Positions 1-15,588 of a stretch of 64,000 nt of DNA are shown piece after piece (positions within the stretch are counted from its first letter, which is position 1; the number at the start of each line of letters is the position of its first letter). The DNA is from Spirogloea muscicola (Eukaryota). A model generated the notes under the pieces. The model saw only the letters and a program-made list of their open reading frames with translations. It was not told the origin of the DNA and searched no databases. The translations under genes and the position numbers were made by a program. Location of the stretch: NCBI GenBank assembly GCA_009602725.1, contig WELB01000003.1, positions 156,264 to 220,263 on the forward strand, written 5' to 3'.

Positions 1-2541
<2,541 letters not shown>

Positions 2542-2963
2542 ATGCTCTGCATCCACAGCTGCACCACTTGGTGTTCAAGCTGCATTCAGTTATTTGTTGG
2601 CTGCAAAGCAGCCCAGCCAGACAATTACACTGAAAGAAAGGGTAATAAGATGGATGTGCAGGGCTGGAAAGCCATGGCACTTCTCCCAATGACGTGACCC
2701 TTCAATGTGTCAGGGTTTATGAGTGATACTCTTGGAATACACATACAAGTGAATTGGCTGCTGCATGCTTGCATGAGGTGTAAGACCGTTGCCCGTTGAC
2801 TTGAATACGGTCAAGAGTTGCCGGCAGCGATTGGTCAGCTACTACTGCCTATACTTTGATCCAGACAAACAATCAGGACTTGCCATGTTGACGAGCGGGT
2901 GAGTGTGTACAGAGTGCTATTGAGGCTGAAGAGGACAACGTTGAGCTGTCTAGGAACTGAAGC

Positions 2964-2997
2964 TCAGGGTTTAGGGTTTGGGATTTAGGGTTTAGGG
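2964..2997 (+). repeat. Short interstitial plant-telomere-like (TTTAGGG)n tract
   Basis: tcagggtttagggtttgggatttagggtttaggg between the SQE and UBE4 3' ends. Confidence 0.75.
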
Positions 2998-3209
2998 TGC
3001 GCCTCCTCGGAAGCTTCTAGCTTGCTTGCAAGTGTGGAAAGGCAGTTGCCTACCTCTCCATGAAAGTTTTGTAGTAGAAGCAAGGGAAGGTGCCAAAGAG
3101 CATTTAGTAGGCAAATGGCGAGGATGGTTAGGAAGGGGTTATGACAGTGAAGAAGATGGAAGACACGGGGCCACTCGACTACAGGTTGGATGGAGGCGGA
3201 TTAGCAGAT

Positions 3210-6200
3210 TCAGCTCTTGTGAGAGGCAATGAATCTGCTGATGCGCTCCTTGAGCTCCGCATTCGGAGTCAGCATGTCCGCCGTCAGCATGGAGCGGTTG
3301 AAGGGGTCAGTCTGCAAAGTGGGAAGGAAAAGAGACAGAAAGAGAGCAGATGATCACTAGACCGGACTTACAATTAGCGGGCCTCCGTTGGACCTGGTAA
3401 CCACTCTGAGCCATGGCACATACAGAAAGTGACCACATGTGAACCTAGGAGACAGCGGGGACACTTGGCTGGACATAGCTGAAGACCACACTGCATCTGC
3501 ACCTAAGTGTCCACTATTAGAGAGTTGGACGCATCGTGAATCCAAGCGGAGACTGCAGGCAGCCACGCAGAGCAAACCTGGTCACTTAGCAGATGCCGCT
3601 GGATGGTCGCCCGGTCGATGGTGATCTTTGACGAGGGCAGGATCACGGGGTCCTTCATCAGCGTGAACTGCACAGCATGATCGGGCAGCGAGCCTCAGCA
3701 TGCAGCTTATTCTGAGAACCGACTGATAAGCATTGCGTAGATTGTGGTCCTCGCGAGGAGGAGCCCAGCAGGATCGAAGCACCCGCCTGGATAGGATCGA
3801 GGAAGTCATCGGGTATGTCGCCCAGCATAGCCTCCGTGTCCATACTCGAGGCTGCCGCTGTTGCAGCCCTTCGGCCCAAGGCTTCAAATTCGGCGACCGT
3901 GGACTCCGGCAACAGACTGAAGGCTCTTAGCACTGCCGCCGTCTCTGGAAAGGCCTGCAGCAGTGAGTAGGACCTACCTTATGTTAAGGCCTTCAAAATT
4001 CAACAAAGACACACCACCTCTGCAAGCTACCATGCTGGCTGTGTAATTTCAACACAGGATCACCCGACGAGTCATACTTCCTCGCGGTAGGATCGCCCAT
4101 CAGCAGAGATGGCCTTGGCAAACTCGCCCTCCTGCGTTTCGCCTCTTGCTAAGTGCACGTAGATATCCACGATCTGCACAAGAGCTAGGAGTAAGGAGCT
4201 TGGAGTAAGAAGCACCGATGTTGTACCATGCAGCTCAATGCATGCCTCAATCTTTGATCACAATTCTTAGCTGAGCAAGGCAAAGGAGATAGTTTTGTTG
4301 CTTGAGCAGCACAACGCATAGAGCAACAAGAGTGTGTGTGAGACATCACCATGGCCAGGAGCTCCTTCGGCCGGAACGCATACTTCTCGGGGTTGCTGAC
4401 CTTGAGCTCTCGCCGCTTGGGACCCACCAGCTGGAGGAGGAAGTAGTTGAGCATGTTTGCCGTCCGTTCCACCTGAGCAGAGATTGATCAACATTCACAC
4501 AGGAACTTCTGCGACCCCTTATACGTCAGCTTTAAGAATGGCTTTGCTGCAGCTCTCAAAGAGGCCAGTAAGTGCTGCACGACAAGTGGTAGGACGAAAG
4601 AGGCTGAGGGGCTGACCATCTCCGGCAGCAGTAATGGCCGAGTGATTTCTTCTGTGGAGAATTGGAGCATCTTCAGCTGCGACGTTGCGAGCAGCATATC
4701 TGACCGAACAATCTGCATAATGCACATCATATGGAAAAAAAACCTTTCAGCTATTATGTTCTAGTACAGAACTAGATAAAATCTCACAGGAAGAGGAGCT
4801 GGGCACGTTCTCAAGGCAGAAAGTCTTCTGCCTGGCATTACTTGCCTGCGAGTTCTGGTCAAATGAGCGCTCAGCTTCGCTGCGTTCCTGTGGCGAGAGC
4901 GCCGCCCACGATGCAGCGTCGGCTTTGCGTGTCTCGTGGTCGCGTAACGAGTGAATCTTGTCCAGGCTCTCGTCGAGCAGGTAGATGCTGTCATTCACAA
5001 GCAAGCTGAGGTATCGCAGGTACAGGCCCTGCTCCTCCAGCAGCGCCACCTAGTGAGGGCAGCCACTTGCTTGGTCAGCATAGGTGGTCATGGTATTCCT
5101 TTCCACCTACATTCGATACAGAATTAATACTCAGACGCCCTGCAATCTAGAGGCAAATTCCTGCTGAGATTTCTTGCATGCCCTTAGGTACTGCACTTTG
5201 AGAAATGTTCCAGTGCCTAAGCAGTTGTTCCTTGCAGAGGGCCACGCTTGGCTTTTGCATCACCTATGCTTCTTGCCCTCTTGCAAACATAGACGAACGA
5301 ACTAGCACAACAACGTGCGAAGCTAGAGAAGCTTAGCAAACACAGGACTTTGTAAGCCGAAGCGTCCATATTGAAAATCTTGAACAAGTCCTATTATTAG
5401 TCATCAGTAAGTAATACAAGGGTGCTATTTGTCATGCCAGCCCTGACCCTACTAGCTGCCATGGAAAATGGAGAACGTACTCGCTTCCAAGCATTGCGGT
5501 GGCTGGGCACTGTCCAAAGGTACTCCAGCAGCTCAGCAATGTGGTGCCGCACATTGAATTTCTCATAGAACTGTAGCCCACACACCAATCCGCGCATAGA
5601 GACTTCAGGGTTACTTTTGTCTCATCCTACGTAGGGACGTAATTCCATGTGAGGGCGTGAGTACGACAATGTCCAGCATGTGGTGGACACACTCACCTGG
5701 TTGTGGGAGCCAGTGAACTCGATGTCCACATACACCTTCAGAAGGTTTGGCGTGAGGTGCTCCATGGCCAGTGGGTGGCCCTCGAACAGCGCCGCCAGCT
5801 GGGCCTGCTGCAGACCTGGGGGACTGCGCCATTTTCCTCCATGCCAATGTCATGAAAGGTCCTTATTGCAGAAGACTCTTCTTTAGTAAATGTCCACTGA
5901 TAGGAGTATGGCCCAGTCCCACTTGTGGCATGAGCCTATACTTCCAGATATGCAGTGAGTATGAATCCACTGCTAAGGCACGAGGGTACAATAACACGAG
6001 CTCGAAGAGATAAGTAAACCTCAGTCACAAGCGCAAGTCAGAGGTGCAAGGCTGGCCACGTCCAACGCACCAGAATTTGGGCATCCAGTTGAGCAGGACC
6101 TCGACCATCTTGGCGCGCAGGTACGGATTCTTGATGTACAGCGGGTTGCCCATGAGCACCACCATGAAGCTCAGAAACTCATCCTGTGGCGAATTTCCAG

Positions 6201-9200
6201 GGTGGCATTGCAGCGCGGACTGGATCAAGGCCAGGTAGCCATAAGGAATGACAAGATCCAGCCAAAGGCTATATCTTTGTGTGAAGGTTGATGTCTTCTG
6301 AGGGGGAACAAGGGGCTCACGAGGACAACGTTGTCGAGCGCATGTGGGGTCCGGGACTGCGAGACCCAGACAAGAAGATCGACAGCGTCCTCGACAAAAT
6401 GCTCGGGCATGGCCGCCCACTCAAAGGGGCAGGGCGCCGGAAGCGGCGGAGTTAGGCCCCCCGCTAACCGTGCGAGCCACACCACCATCAGCTGATAGTA
6501 CTGCAGCGCCTGCTGTAGCAGGTCCGCATCCTGCGCACCGCGTGCATGCCAAGTGCAGAAAAGTGATGCCCTGCCCGAATGCGCTATGTGCAGTCAGACT
6601 TAGTAAGGACTTGTCAAGTCGCAGCAGTAGCCCAGCTAGAGCTCAAGGCCAAGAGCTCTCACTAGAAGGTGAGTTTGCATCTTGCGATGCAGGGGTGTCG
6701 ATCAAAGAAGGGCCTTGCCATCATCTGGGAGTGGTAGCAAAGCGCATGTTCCTTGTGGAGCGCCACCAGGGCGCGCGCCTGCGATAGCTGGCGCTCAATG
6801 TCTGGTGGCGCCTCGGGGGTGCCACGAATAGCCTCCAGCCCCGCGAGGTGATCGCGCTCTAGCCGCGATGATTGCTGCGCAGCCGCGGCACTCGCACCAT
6901 CACAACATAAGTGGCCAACTATACTGAACACGCCTCTGCAACACTTAAGCATCATCCAGTGCTTGCCACCTCCCTCATCACTAAGATTGGATGGCGGGCT
7001 GAGACGAGGTCATGACAGGGGAGCAGGCAGGGGAGTCCTGACCCGCTGAAACGTCTTGAACTCCTCTATGACCTTGAGGAGGCCGAGGTTGAGTATGCGC
7101 GCCGTGAGGAAGAAGCACTCGCAGATGAAGTGGAACTGCGGCTGCTGTGGCAGCGGTGGTGGCGGGCTGCCGGCGCCGCTGTCACCAGGTGCTGGCCGGC
7201 TGTCTGATGGTGGTGTGGCAGCAGCAAAAGAGGACGAGGAAGCAGAGGCTGAGATCGAGGAGGCACTAGCGGCCGGGGCAGCAGCCATGCGGCGCAGCGC
7301 GTCAGCTTCCATGGCGCGCTGCGCCTGGCGGAACCCCTCAGTGCGCGCATGGTTGCGCGAGTCAACCCAGGATGCGACCTCCTCGCTCGTTGCGAACAGT
7401 GCTGTGAGCTCGGCAAAGTCGAGCCGCGAGGGCCCAAGTACATACGCAGCGTCGATCTTGGCCAGCTTCGATGACGCCGTCACATCCAGGAACGGCTCGC
7501 ACAACTTGAGCATCACGGCTGACAGATTGAGAAACATGCCGCTGGAGGCAACGGCGGCAGGGTCGACTTGCATGCGGCTGCGACCAGTGTTGGTGCGCAC
7601 AAGGTCGGCAAGGTACTGCAGCACAGGACCCCGCAGGTCGGCGTGCTTGAGCAGCGTGCGCAGTACGTCGCGCAAGCCGTCCTGTAGCTGGTGGCTGTAC
7701 GTTCGAATCGCCAGGAAGGCATTATTCACGTCCGCCGGCCGCATCTCTTCTGGCTTTGTGAAGTACAGCGCCCTGTAAGCGCGAAACATGCGGCAGGTTG
7801 ACATCAATGGCTGCCCAAACTGGGTGAGGGGTGTCGGCAGGAGGTAAGACGAGCTCAATAGGGGCAGGAGGGTCGCAGGAAGAAGGTCAACCTGACGCCG
7901 CACACGAGGGCCCTGTACTGCTTGTGCAGGGGGCGCTTGCCTGATCGAGGGGTGGCCGTTGCCGAGAACGCGGTCGGGAATCGCGCTGACGTGGAACAAG
8001 GGCCCCAGCAGGCTCTTGACCTCCATCGCGCGGCCGCTGGCGCCTGCGGGGTTCCACAGCGGGTGGCCGACCAGCACGCGGGCGACCGCGGGGTACTCGA
8101 CCAGCATGCGGAGCGCCCGCAGCGGCGCCTGGAACGGCCCGATCAGCGACACCTTCCGCACCTTCGCTGAGATGTCCTGCGCCCACACAGCTCGACAAAG
8201 AGAAGCGTAAGTAGGAGTGAATCAGTGAATCAATGAATCGGTGAATCAGTGAATCAGTGAATCAGTGAATCAGTGAATCATTTTGTCTGAGGGGAGATGC
8301 AGAGCGGAGGAAAGCATGGCAGGAGGAGGCACCTGGAAGACCGGCTGCAGGAGATCGTCTAGGCCCTCGCCGTCAAAGCGCTTCACAAGCTGGTCCAAGA
8401 AGCCCGGGGGCAGGGCCTTGCCGTCTCGCCCGCTGGTCGTGGCGGCGGTCAGGGAGGCGGCGCCGCCCAGGGCAGCGTCCGGTGGGACGTCCTCCACGAG
8501 GTACGGGGTGAGCGGCGAGAGGAACTCGGCGGGCTGCGGCGGCTTCGGCGCACCCTCGCCCCCGAACATCTCCGGATGGAGCAGCAGGAGGCCCGTGTAC
8601 GACACCGCCAGCTCGCGCGTCGTCTGCCACCAGTCCGACCAACGGCTGCTGCTGCGCTTGAGCTGCCAGCGCTGTGACTCGGTTGTCGGTGCATCGCACT
8701 CTGGTCAGGTCATAGACGAGCTGCGATGGTGAGATGCTCCAGCAGTAACGGAGGATTCTGACCTGCAGTGCGTCCTGGATCTCGGCGAGCATGGCCTTGT
8801 CCTTCATGGCCAGGGCCTTGCGGGCCTCCTCGCCGGCCCGCCCAAACGTGCCCACGAGGTACTGCAGCGGCGGCTCCGCAGCAGCAGGTGGCAATGGCGG
8901 CGCAGTGGTGGCGGACGACAGGCGCTCCATGAGCACCCGCTCCAGGACGGCGCGCGACAGCAGCAGAGGCTTCTCCTCGCTGTCGGGCGGCGGCGCGGGC
9001 ACAGAGGCGGCGCCAGTGAGTAGGCCCAGCAGCGACGGCGGCGCTTGTTGTAGGGGGCCCAGCAGCTCCTCGCTGTCGTCTGTGGCGGCAGACGCGGCGC
9101 GGATGGCGGCGGTACCTGAGGAGCTCGGCGGCGACCTGCTCGAGGTAGAGCCACGGTGCGCCGTCGGGCGGCGGCGCCAGCGTGAGCCGCAGGACGCGCC

Positions 9201-9261
9201 GCAGCACGGCGTCCTCCACCTCCTCGCGGCTGCGTGCCGGCCGCGCAGCCGCCGCCGCCGC
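3210..9261 (-). CDS. UFD2: Ubiquitin conjugation factor E4 (UFD2/UBE4; plant PUB1/MUSE3-like) with Ufd2 core and C-terminal U-box; start codon lost in the N gap; about 17 exons
   Basis: [61 protein letters not shown]-box [23 protein letters not shown]...TDPFNRS. Stop at 3210. Confidence 0.96.
8216..8279. repeat. Intronic 8-bp minisatellite (AGTGAATC)x8
   Basis: Eight copies, two with a variant base. Confidence 0.9.
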
Positions 9262-9952
9262 NNNNNNNNNNNNNNNNNNNNNNNNNNNNNNNNNNNNNNN
9301 NNNNNNNNNNNNNNNNNNNNNNNNNNNNNNNNNNNNNNNNNNNNNNNNNNNNNNNNNNNNNNNNNNNNNNNNNNNNNNNNNNNNNNNNNNNNNNNNNNNN
9401 NNNNNNNNNNNNNNNNNNNNNNNNNNNNNNNNNNNNNNNNNNNNNNNNNNNNNNNNNNNNNNNNNNNNNNNNNNNNNNNNNNNNNNNNNNNNNNNNNNNN
9501 NNNNNNNNNNNNNNNNNNNNNNNNNNNNNNNNNNNNNNNNNNNNNNNNNNNNNNNNNNNNNNNNNNNNNNNNNNNNNNNNNNNNNNNNNNNNNNNNNNNN
9601 NNNNNNNNNNNNNNNNNNNNNNNNNNNNNNNNNNNNNNNNNNNNNNNNNNNNNNNNNNNNNNNNNNNNNNNNNNNNNNNNNNNNNNNNNNNNNNNNNNNN
9701 NNNNNNNNNNNNNNNNNNNNNNNNNNNNNNNNNNNNNNNNNNNNNNNNNNNNNNNNNNNNNNNNNNNNNNNNNNNNNNNNNNNNNNNNNNNNNNNNNNNN
9801 NNNNNNNNNNNNNNNNNNNNNNNNNNNNNNNNNNNNNNNNNNNNNNNNNNNNNNNNNNNNNNNNNNNNNNNNNNNNNNNNNNNNNNNNNNNNNNNNNNNN
9901 NNNNNNNNNNNNNNNNNNNNNNNNNNNNNNNNNNNNNNNNNNNNNNNNNNNN
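9262..9952. other. Assembly gap (N run) hiding the 5' ends of UBE4 and LSMT
   Basis: N run flanked by a GCC repeat and by coding sequence of divergent genes. Confidence 0.95.
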
Positions 9953-12506
9953 ATCTGAGGGCCTCGGCCTGGTGGCGCGCCGCGACGTCGCGCCGGGCGA
10001 GGACGTCTTCGCCGTCGACGAGGCGGCGTGCATCACGCCCGCCGCCGTCGCCGCCTCCACCGCCGGGCGCGCCTGCGCCGCCCTCAAGCCGTGGGTGCAG
10101 CTCGCCACCTTCCTGCTGGTCGAGCGCGCCGACGCCGCCTCCGCCTGGCGCCCCTACCTCGACCTCCTGCCCCGCAGCCTGGACCTGCCCATCTTCTGGT
10201 GAACTGCCGCCCTCCGCAGGCCGAGGTCGCCACCAGCACTTTGTTGTTGAGCATAGAACTTAACAACTGAGGGCAGACAAGCTGCACAAGAAGCAAGGAG
10301 AGGCAAGCCAGATGTCAGTGCTCGTGCTAGTCATTGTGGCAGTGGTCACCAGTGCGAGGAAGAGCTTGGGTGGCACAAGGGGATTACGTTCTGTTCAGAG
10401 CTGGCGGTGCCCGCCTGCGCGAGGCCGTTCCTTTGCTGCACTATCTTGTGGCTGGGGGAAGCAGCTGGCCTCCTTGATGGCAGAGCTTGAGCTCGTATGT
10501 AGACAGCCTCACGGCCTCTCATGAACGGCCGTTCTTGCTTCTCTGGCTCTGTCGCAGGTCAGATGAGGAGCTCAGCGAGATTCAAGGTCAGGCACACAGG
10601 CTGACATGGCAACTTCTGCCAGTGCTCCAACAGCCGGATGGGCAGGGCTTGCCGTTCCTAGGCTGTGCGTTTAGCTCTGCATGCAGCGGGAGCCAAGTGC
10701 CGCTTGCAGCTGGTCTCATGGCAGCCGTGCACATGGCAGTGCTGTAGTTGCTCTGCGCCGTCTCGCTTTCTCACCACACTGGCTGACTTTTACAGGCACC
10801 CAGCTACTTGGCTTAACACAGGACTACAAGGCCTACGTTGCAGCAGAGCACGCAGCAGTACTAGAGGCCTCCCGTCAGGCGCCCGCCGTGCTCCCGTCAG
10901 ATGTGCTGACGCTTGAGGCTCTGACATGGGCCTTTGGCATCCTCCGGTCGCGGACCTTCTCGCCGCTCACTGGTGACAGCATCAGCCTGGTGCCTGTTGC
11001 CGACCTGGTACGATCAAGGCATGCACTGACTTATGGCTCGTGCCTCTTGTATGAACGAGATTCTTTAAAGCTAACACCTGTCCCATGCTAGTGCGCCACT
11101 TGTGTACTCAGTCGTGTACAGTGTGTTGAAGTCCAAAGGGTTGCGTACGAACAGGTCAATCACGGCGTCAAATACAGCGCTCCTGAGAAAGCCGTGTGGC
11201 AGAAGGGGAACGCGGGCATGTTCAATAGCAAGCAGGTCATTAGCATGAAGGCTGGTAAGGCCTACAAGGAGGGGGAGCAGGTAAGGCTCGCCACTGCCCT
11301 CCCTTTGGATTTTTGGCACTGGTGTCTCTTTCACTGGCAGTTGCTCCTTTGTCAGTCAGTGTATTCTCCGTAAGCTCTGCTTTAGAGTAAATAACAACAG
11401 CAACTTGCGTGCAGATTGTCATGGACTATGGGCGAGAGAAGGGCAATGGGCAATTAGCATTGGACTACGGCTTTGCGGACCGTGAGCCGGCGCTGGCATC
11501 CGCAAGCCTCGGCACGCGGAGTCGGGACACCTTCGGGCTAATGCTGGAGATTGCCGAGTCAGACCGCTTTTACGACGACAAAGCGGACGTGGCAGAGGTC
11601 AACGGTCTGGAGGCAGTGTCCTTCTTCGACCTTGTCCGTGGCCAGGGCCCGCCCCAGCAGATGCTCACCTTCCTCCGGCTGGTCGCCTTGGGTGGGGCTG
11701 ACGCCTTCCTCCTTGAGGTATTGGATCGTCACCAATGTGTCAATCTAGGACCGTTCAATTAGCCCTCGCACTCGACGTCTGCTGTCAGCCTAGCAACTGC
11801 TCTTGAGGCTTCTGAATGGGCTTCTGAATGGGCAGCCCCGCCGTTTCAAATATGTTCGTGATTGAAGCGATGGGGCATTGTGGTAGGCTTTGTTCCGGGA
11901 CAACGTGTGGTACCACCTGGGCATGCCAGTGAGCAAAGGCAATGAGGAGGCCATCTGCCAGGCAATGATAGACGGTTGCCGTGCTGCGATGGCCGGGTAC
12001 TCCACATCTGTCGAGCAGGTCAGGCTCTGTCTTCTGTCCCAGGAAGATGCATCAAGCCTGGTCCGGAGCCTGCCCTGACCCGCTTGCCCACCGTGGTTTG
12101 AGTGTGCACAGGACATCCGGATCCTGACAGCTGGGGGCCTGGACCAGCGGAAAGAGGTCGCTGTGGTTGTGCGGCTGGGCGAGAAGCAGGTCCTGGAGGA
12201 GATCTTGGACTGGTTCGAGGCCCGCCTACGGGGCCTGGAAAATCTGGAGTACTACGCTGAGAGGCGACTGCGTGATCTAGGCCTGCTTGACGACAACAAC
12301 AACATGACGCCATGGGTGAGCCATTCCTGGAGCCGTTCCTTGCCTTTCCAGGGCTTGAGCAGCTGTGCTCGCATGACCTATTTGGCATCATTTTGCCGCT
12401 GCATCCTTGTGGCCAGTGCCATGCCAGACATGCCACTTTTGTGGAAGTCGTCTGCAAGCTGACTCTTTGAGCTCGGAATTCCTTGCAGGTCTTCAACAAT
12501 GAGTGA
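9953..12506 (+). CDS. LSMT: Rubisco large-subunit / FBA lysine N-methyltransferase (SET + Rubisco-substrate-binding domain); 5' end in gap
   Basis: SEGLGLVARRDV, ACAALKPWV, WAFGILRSRTFS, LVPVADL|VNH, NGQLALDYGF, DRFYDDKADVAE, LGGADAFLLE, NEEAICQ, EYYAERRLRDLGL. Last exon VFNNE*. Confidence 0.92.
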
Positions 12507-12961
12507 CCAACCAAACCGTGTCCAGCCAATATAGATAGCCATTCTGAAGCAGGTGGAGTGCTGGCTCGAGCTGTCTATTGTATTCCACTTCGAGCCTCAT
12601 TAGTCTGGCATCTGGGAGCTGCAGGCCCCAATATCACGGTGCTGGACACTAAGTCCTCCCGCCGTCATGGTGGGTCACTCCGCGAGGTGCAGCATGGGCA
12701 TGCAAGCTGGCTCAGTTGGTAAGTAGAAGAGGCCGGCGACCAGCATGTCCCCAATCAGCCACTGCTGCCACAACAGGGTCTTGTTGCGTGAGCTCTCTCT
12801 TGCCTCACAATTCTGAGACTTTTGAGCTGGACCTTCGCCGCCTGTCTCGGAGGCACTGCATCAGTCACACCCAAAAAGATACGTCGACACTGCGCATTCC
12901 TCAAGAGCTGGCCAGTCACTGCCTGTAGTGAGAGGGGCCGCTTTTGTCCCCTTAAAAAGAC

Positions 12962-13174
12962 GCAAGCGCGGCCAGATTGACTGGTGGCTGGGAGAGGCCA
13001 GCCCAAAGGAATGGACAAGGTCTGAAGGAGCCGGAGTGCCGAGGACTGAGACAGCAGCAAGCGGACTCTCAGTAACCTCTAGTCAGTAGATGCAAAGCTG
13101 AATAGCTAGCTGGCAGGCGACGCCCTGACGGAAGCCGGAGGCCGCCGCCAAAGCGCGGCCTGCGCGCAAGTGGA
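12962..13174 (-). repeat. Dispersed repeat family R1, about 210-bp copy
   Basis: High similarity by eye to 39159-39347, 48116-48288, 29578-29730 and 49636-49755. Shared core ...TTTGCATCTACTGACTAGAGGTTACTGAGAG...GACCTTGTCCATTCCTTTGGGCTGGCCTCTCCCAGCCACCAG... Confidence 0.9.
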
Positions 13175-13695
13175 ACCTAAAAAGAGGCATCGGGGTCGGC
13201 ACACGTCCCAGTCACGTTGCAAACTCCCCACTGCCGCTTGCCTTTTTCGGGCGGCCGTAGAAACGGTTGGGGTTTAGGCCCCTCGTTAACCCGAAAAGCC
13301 CACCTTTGGACCGTTCCAAGGGCCGATCGGTCCTCGGGCGTGGCGATGGGCAGGTCCCACCTTCTCCCGGAGATCTGGTTGTGGTCGGCGGGCAGCTGGC
13401 AGCTCGACAGGCCGCCACGTACCCCACGGGGGGGGGCGGCGGTTGAGTCACACCCTGGCAATTCCGACGGGGCTGCCGTCGGGCTCCCGACGGACGCTGC
13501 CGGCCCGCCCCCGCCCTGGCCGAGCCGCGGTGCGAGCGGGGCCAGTGGCCTCAATCGAATCCGTGGCCGAATGGCCCTCCCGTCGGCTCTCGTCGGACCG
13601 ACGGCGTCGGGAGGCCAGGTTTGGGGGCGAGAGATTATACTCCTCCTCGCGCCGCCCTCGCAACCCCGGACTCCGCCGTGTGCGCCGCCCCCGCC

Positions 13696-15588
13696 ATGGC
13701 CGACGCGCCGGGCGCCGCGGCGCCGCCAGCGGCGGCGGCGNGCGGCGGAGACGGCGGGCCCCTACGCCGGGCTCGTGGACAGCCTGCGGCTGCGGGAGCT
13801 GCGGACGCCCAAGGAGCTGCGGCAGTACCGGGCGATGACAGCGGACGTGCCGCGGGGCATCGGCGGCGCGCTCGCCGTCTTCCTCTCCCGCCGCTCCATC
13901 CTCCTCATCCTCGCCTGCCTCCTCGCCATGGCCGCCGCGCGCGTCAGGCGGCCCTTCTCCGGCGCCGACGCCTGCGGTGAGCGCCATTCCGCGTCCGATC
14001 TGGCTGCCGGGGGCGACTTGCGGGTGTGACGGTGGAGCCCCACGGAGCGCCCACTTTGCCATTTGATAACCCTCTTGGGAAGTGCGTCGTTGGGCCGGTG
14101 TTATGGTACCCAGCGGAAGCGTCGAGGCTGCCATTGCCAGGCCAGGCCAGGCCCTTATCAGCGAGGCAGCCGATGCCACTGCCGCTCATTGCCGCCGTGC
14201 CTCGAGCTCCGTGCACCCTCACCATGCCGACGTCCTTGTCGTACCTATCGTCGTTAAGACGGAGGTGGCACTGACAAGTGATGGCAGCTCTGGGCGAGCG
14301 ATGTCGCACAGGCTATGCTGTAATTGGCAGTATCGTGCAATTCGCAAGCCTTTCGATGTTTCTAGAGCCCTGCCAGCCTGCAGCAGATTGAGAGGCTGTC
14401 GTCAGGTTAGTTGACAGTAGCCAACGCTTGCAACAGGCGAGGCTGCACTGCTGACCAGAATGCATGCCTCTGCCGGCTTCCGTCGTTGTGTGTGTCACAC
14501 AGTCGTGATTGTGGTGATGCTGCTGTGGATTTTCCAGGAGTGGGCCATTCACAGCAAGCTGCTCCATGGCAGGAAGAAGTGGTGAGGCATCTATGCCAAG
14601 CCTCTTGTGCATGCTCCAGCTACTTTTGCTTGAAACTTCATAATGTGCTGTCCTTCAGGATGCGACACACACATCGTTGCACGGGGTCTGTACTGCAAGT
14701 GACAGCTTCATGGTGGGTCTTCTCAATGTGCAGGTTGTTGACGAATATCCACAGGTCGCACCATATGATGCCTTATCACCACATCTCAATTGACGGCCTT
14801 GAGATCGTGGGCTTCTTCATGGCGATTTCTGCGGGCTCTTTCCAGCTTATTTTCAAGGTCTCACCCACGCTGCCCTGTCCCATCACCTTTCCCCCTCTCT
14901 CCTGGCGGACGGATCATGCGGCTGTATGTCACAACTTTGGAGGGGTCGGTTAAGCCATACCCTCTGATTGTTACAGACTCACTGCGTTTGCACCAATACG
15001 ACCATGCCTAAGTCGAAAAGCCTCGTTTGCCTGCACTCGCTGACTGCTCACCTTGTCTGCGGTTTTGTATTTCTTGGCAGGACAACTTTCCTCTCTTCCT
15101 TACTGCTGCTTTCACTTACTTTGCAATGGGGTTAGCTTATGAGTGGACCCACTTCCTGTGAGTTTGGTGGCATGCCCTGCTCGTCTTATGCTTGTGTCTG
15201 GTTGCGTGCTATGAAGGGGCAGAATTAGATTGCACCATGTGTGCTCGCATTTGCTTGGCATCCTTGGCTGGTCTCTCTTGTAGCATCTCCGAAGCTTTTC
15301 CTTCTCATGTGGGGCCCCGCGGAGGAGGGCCTTAGCAGAATTGTGACTCCTCTGCTGTATGCGTCAAGCGAATATCTGTGGAACAGATAGAGTGCTTTCC
15401 TCACACGTATTTGTTGCATGAGTGGCAGTGTACACACAAAAGTCCCCATGAGGTCCTACTTGGCAAGAATTATAAAGCGGGCGCATGTCAAGCACCACCT
15501 GCGGGACGAGAATTTCTGGTTCAGCTTCACGTGCCCACCCCTTGACAACATCATGGGCACGACGCCCAATTTCTACCTTGTAGGTTGA
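13696..15588 (+). CDS. Fatty acid hydroxylase / sterol desaturase superfamily membrane di-iron enzyme, paralog 1 (5 exons)
   Basis: His boxes FQEWAIHSKLLH, HRSHH, AYEWTHFLVH, HVKHH, then FWFSFTCPPLDNIMGT. A single N at 13741 in a GCG run breaks the frame of exon 1. Confidence 0.85.

Noticed and set aside
7056..9233. Long plus-strand ORFs opposite UBE4 (and similar antisense or N-spanning ORFs elsewhere)
   Set aside because: Shadow ORFs from high GC3 or from translation through Ns; no independent homology.
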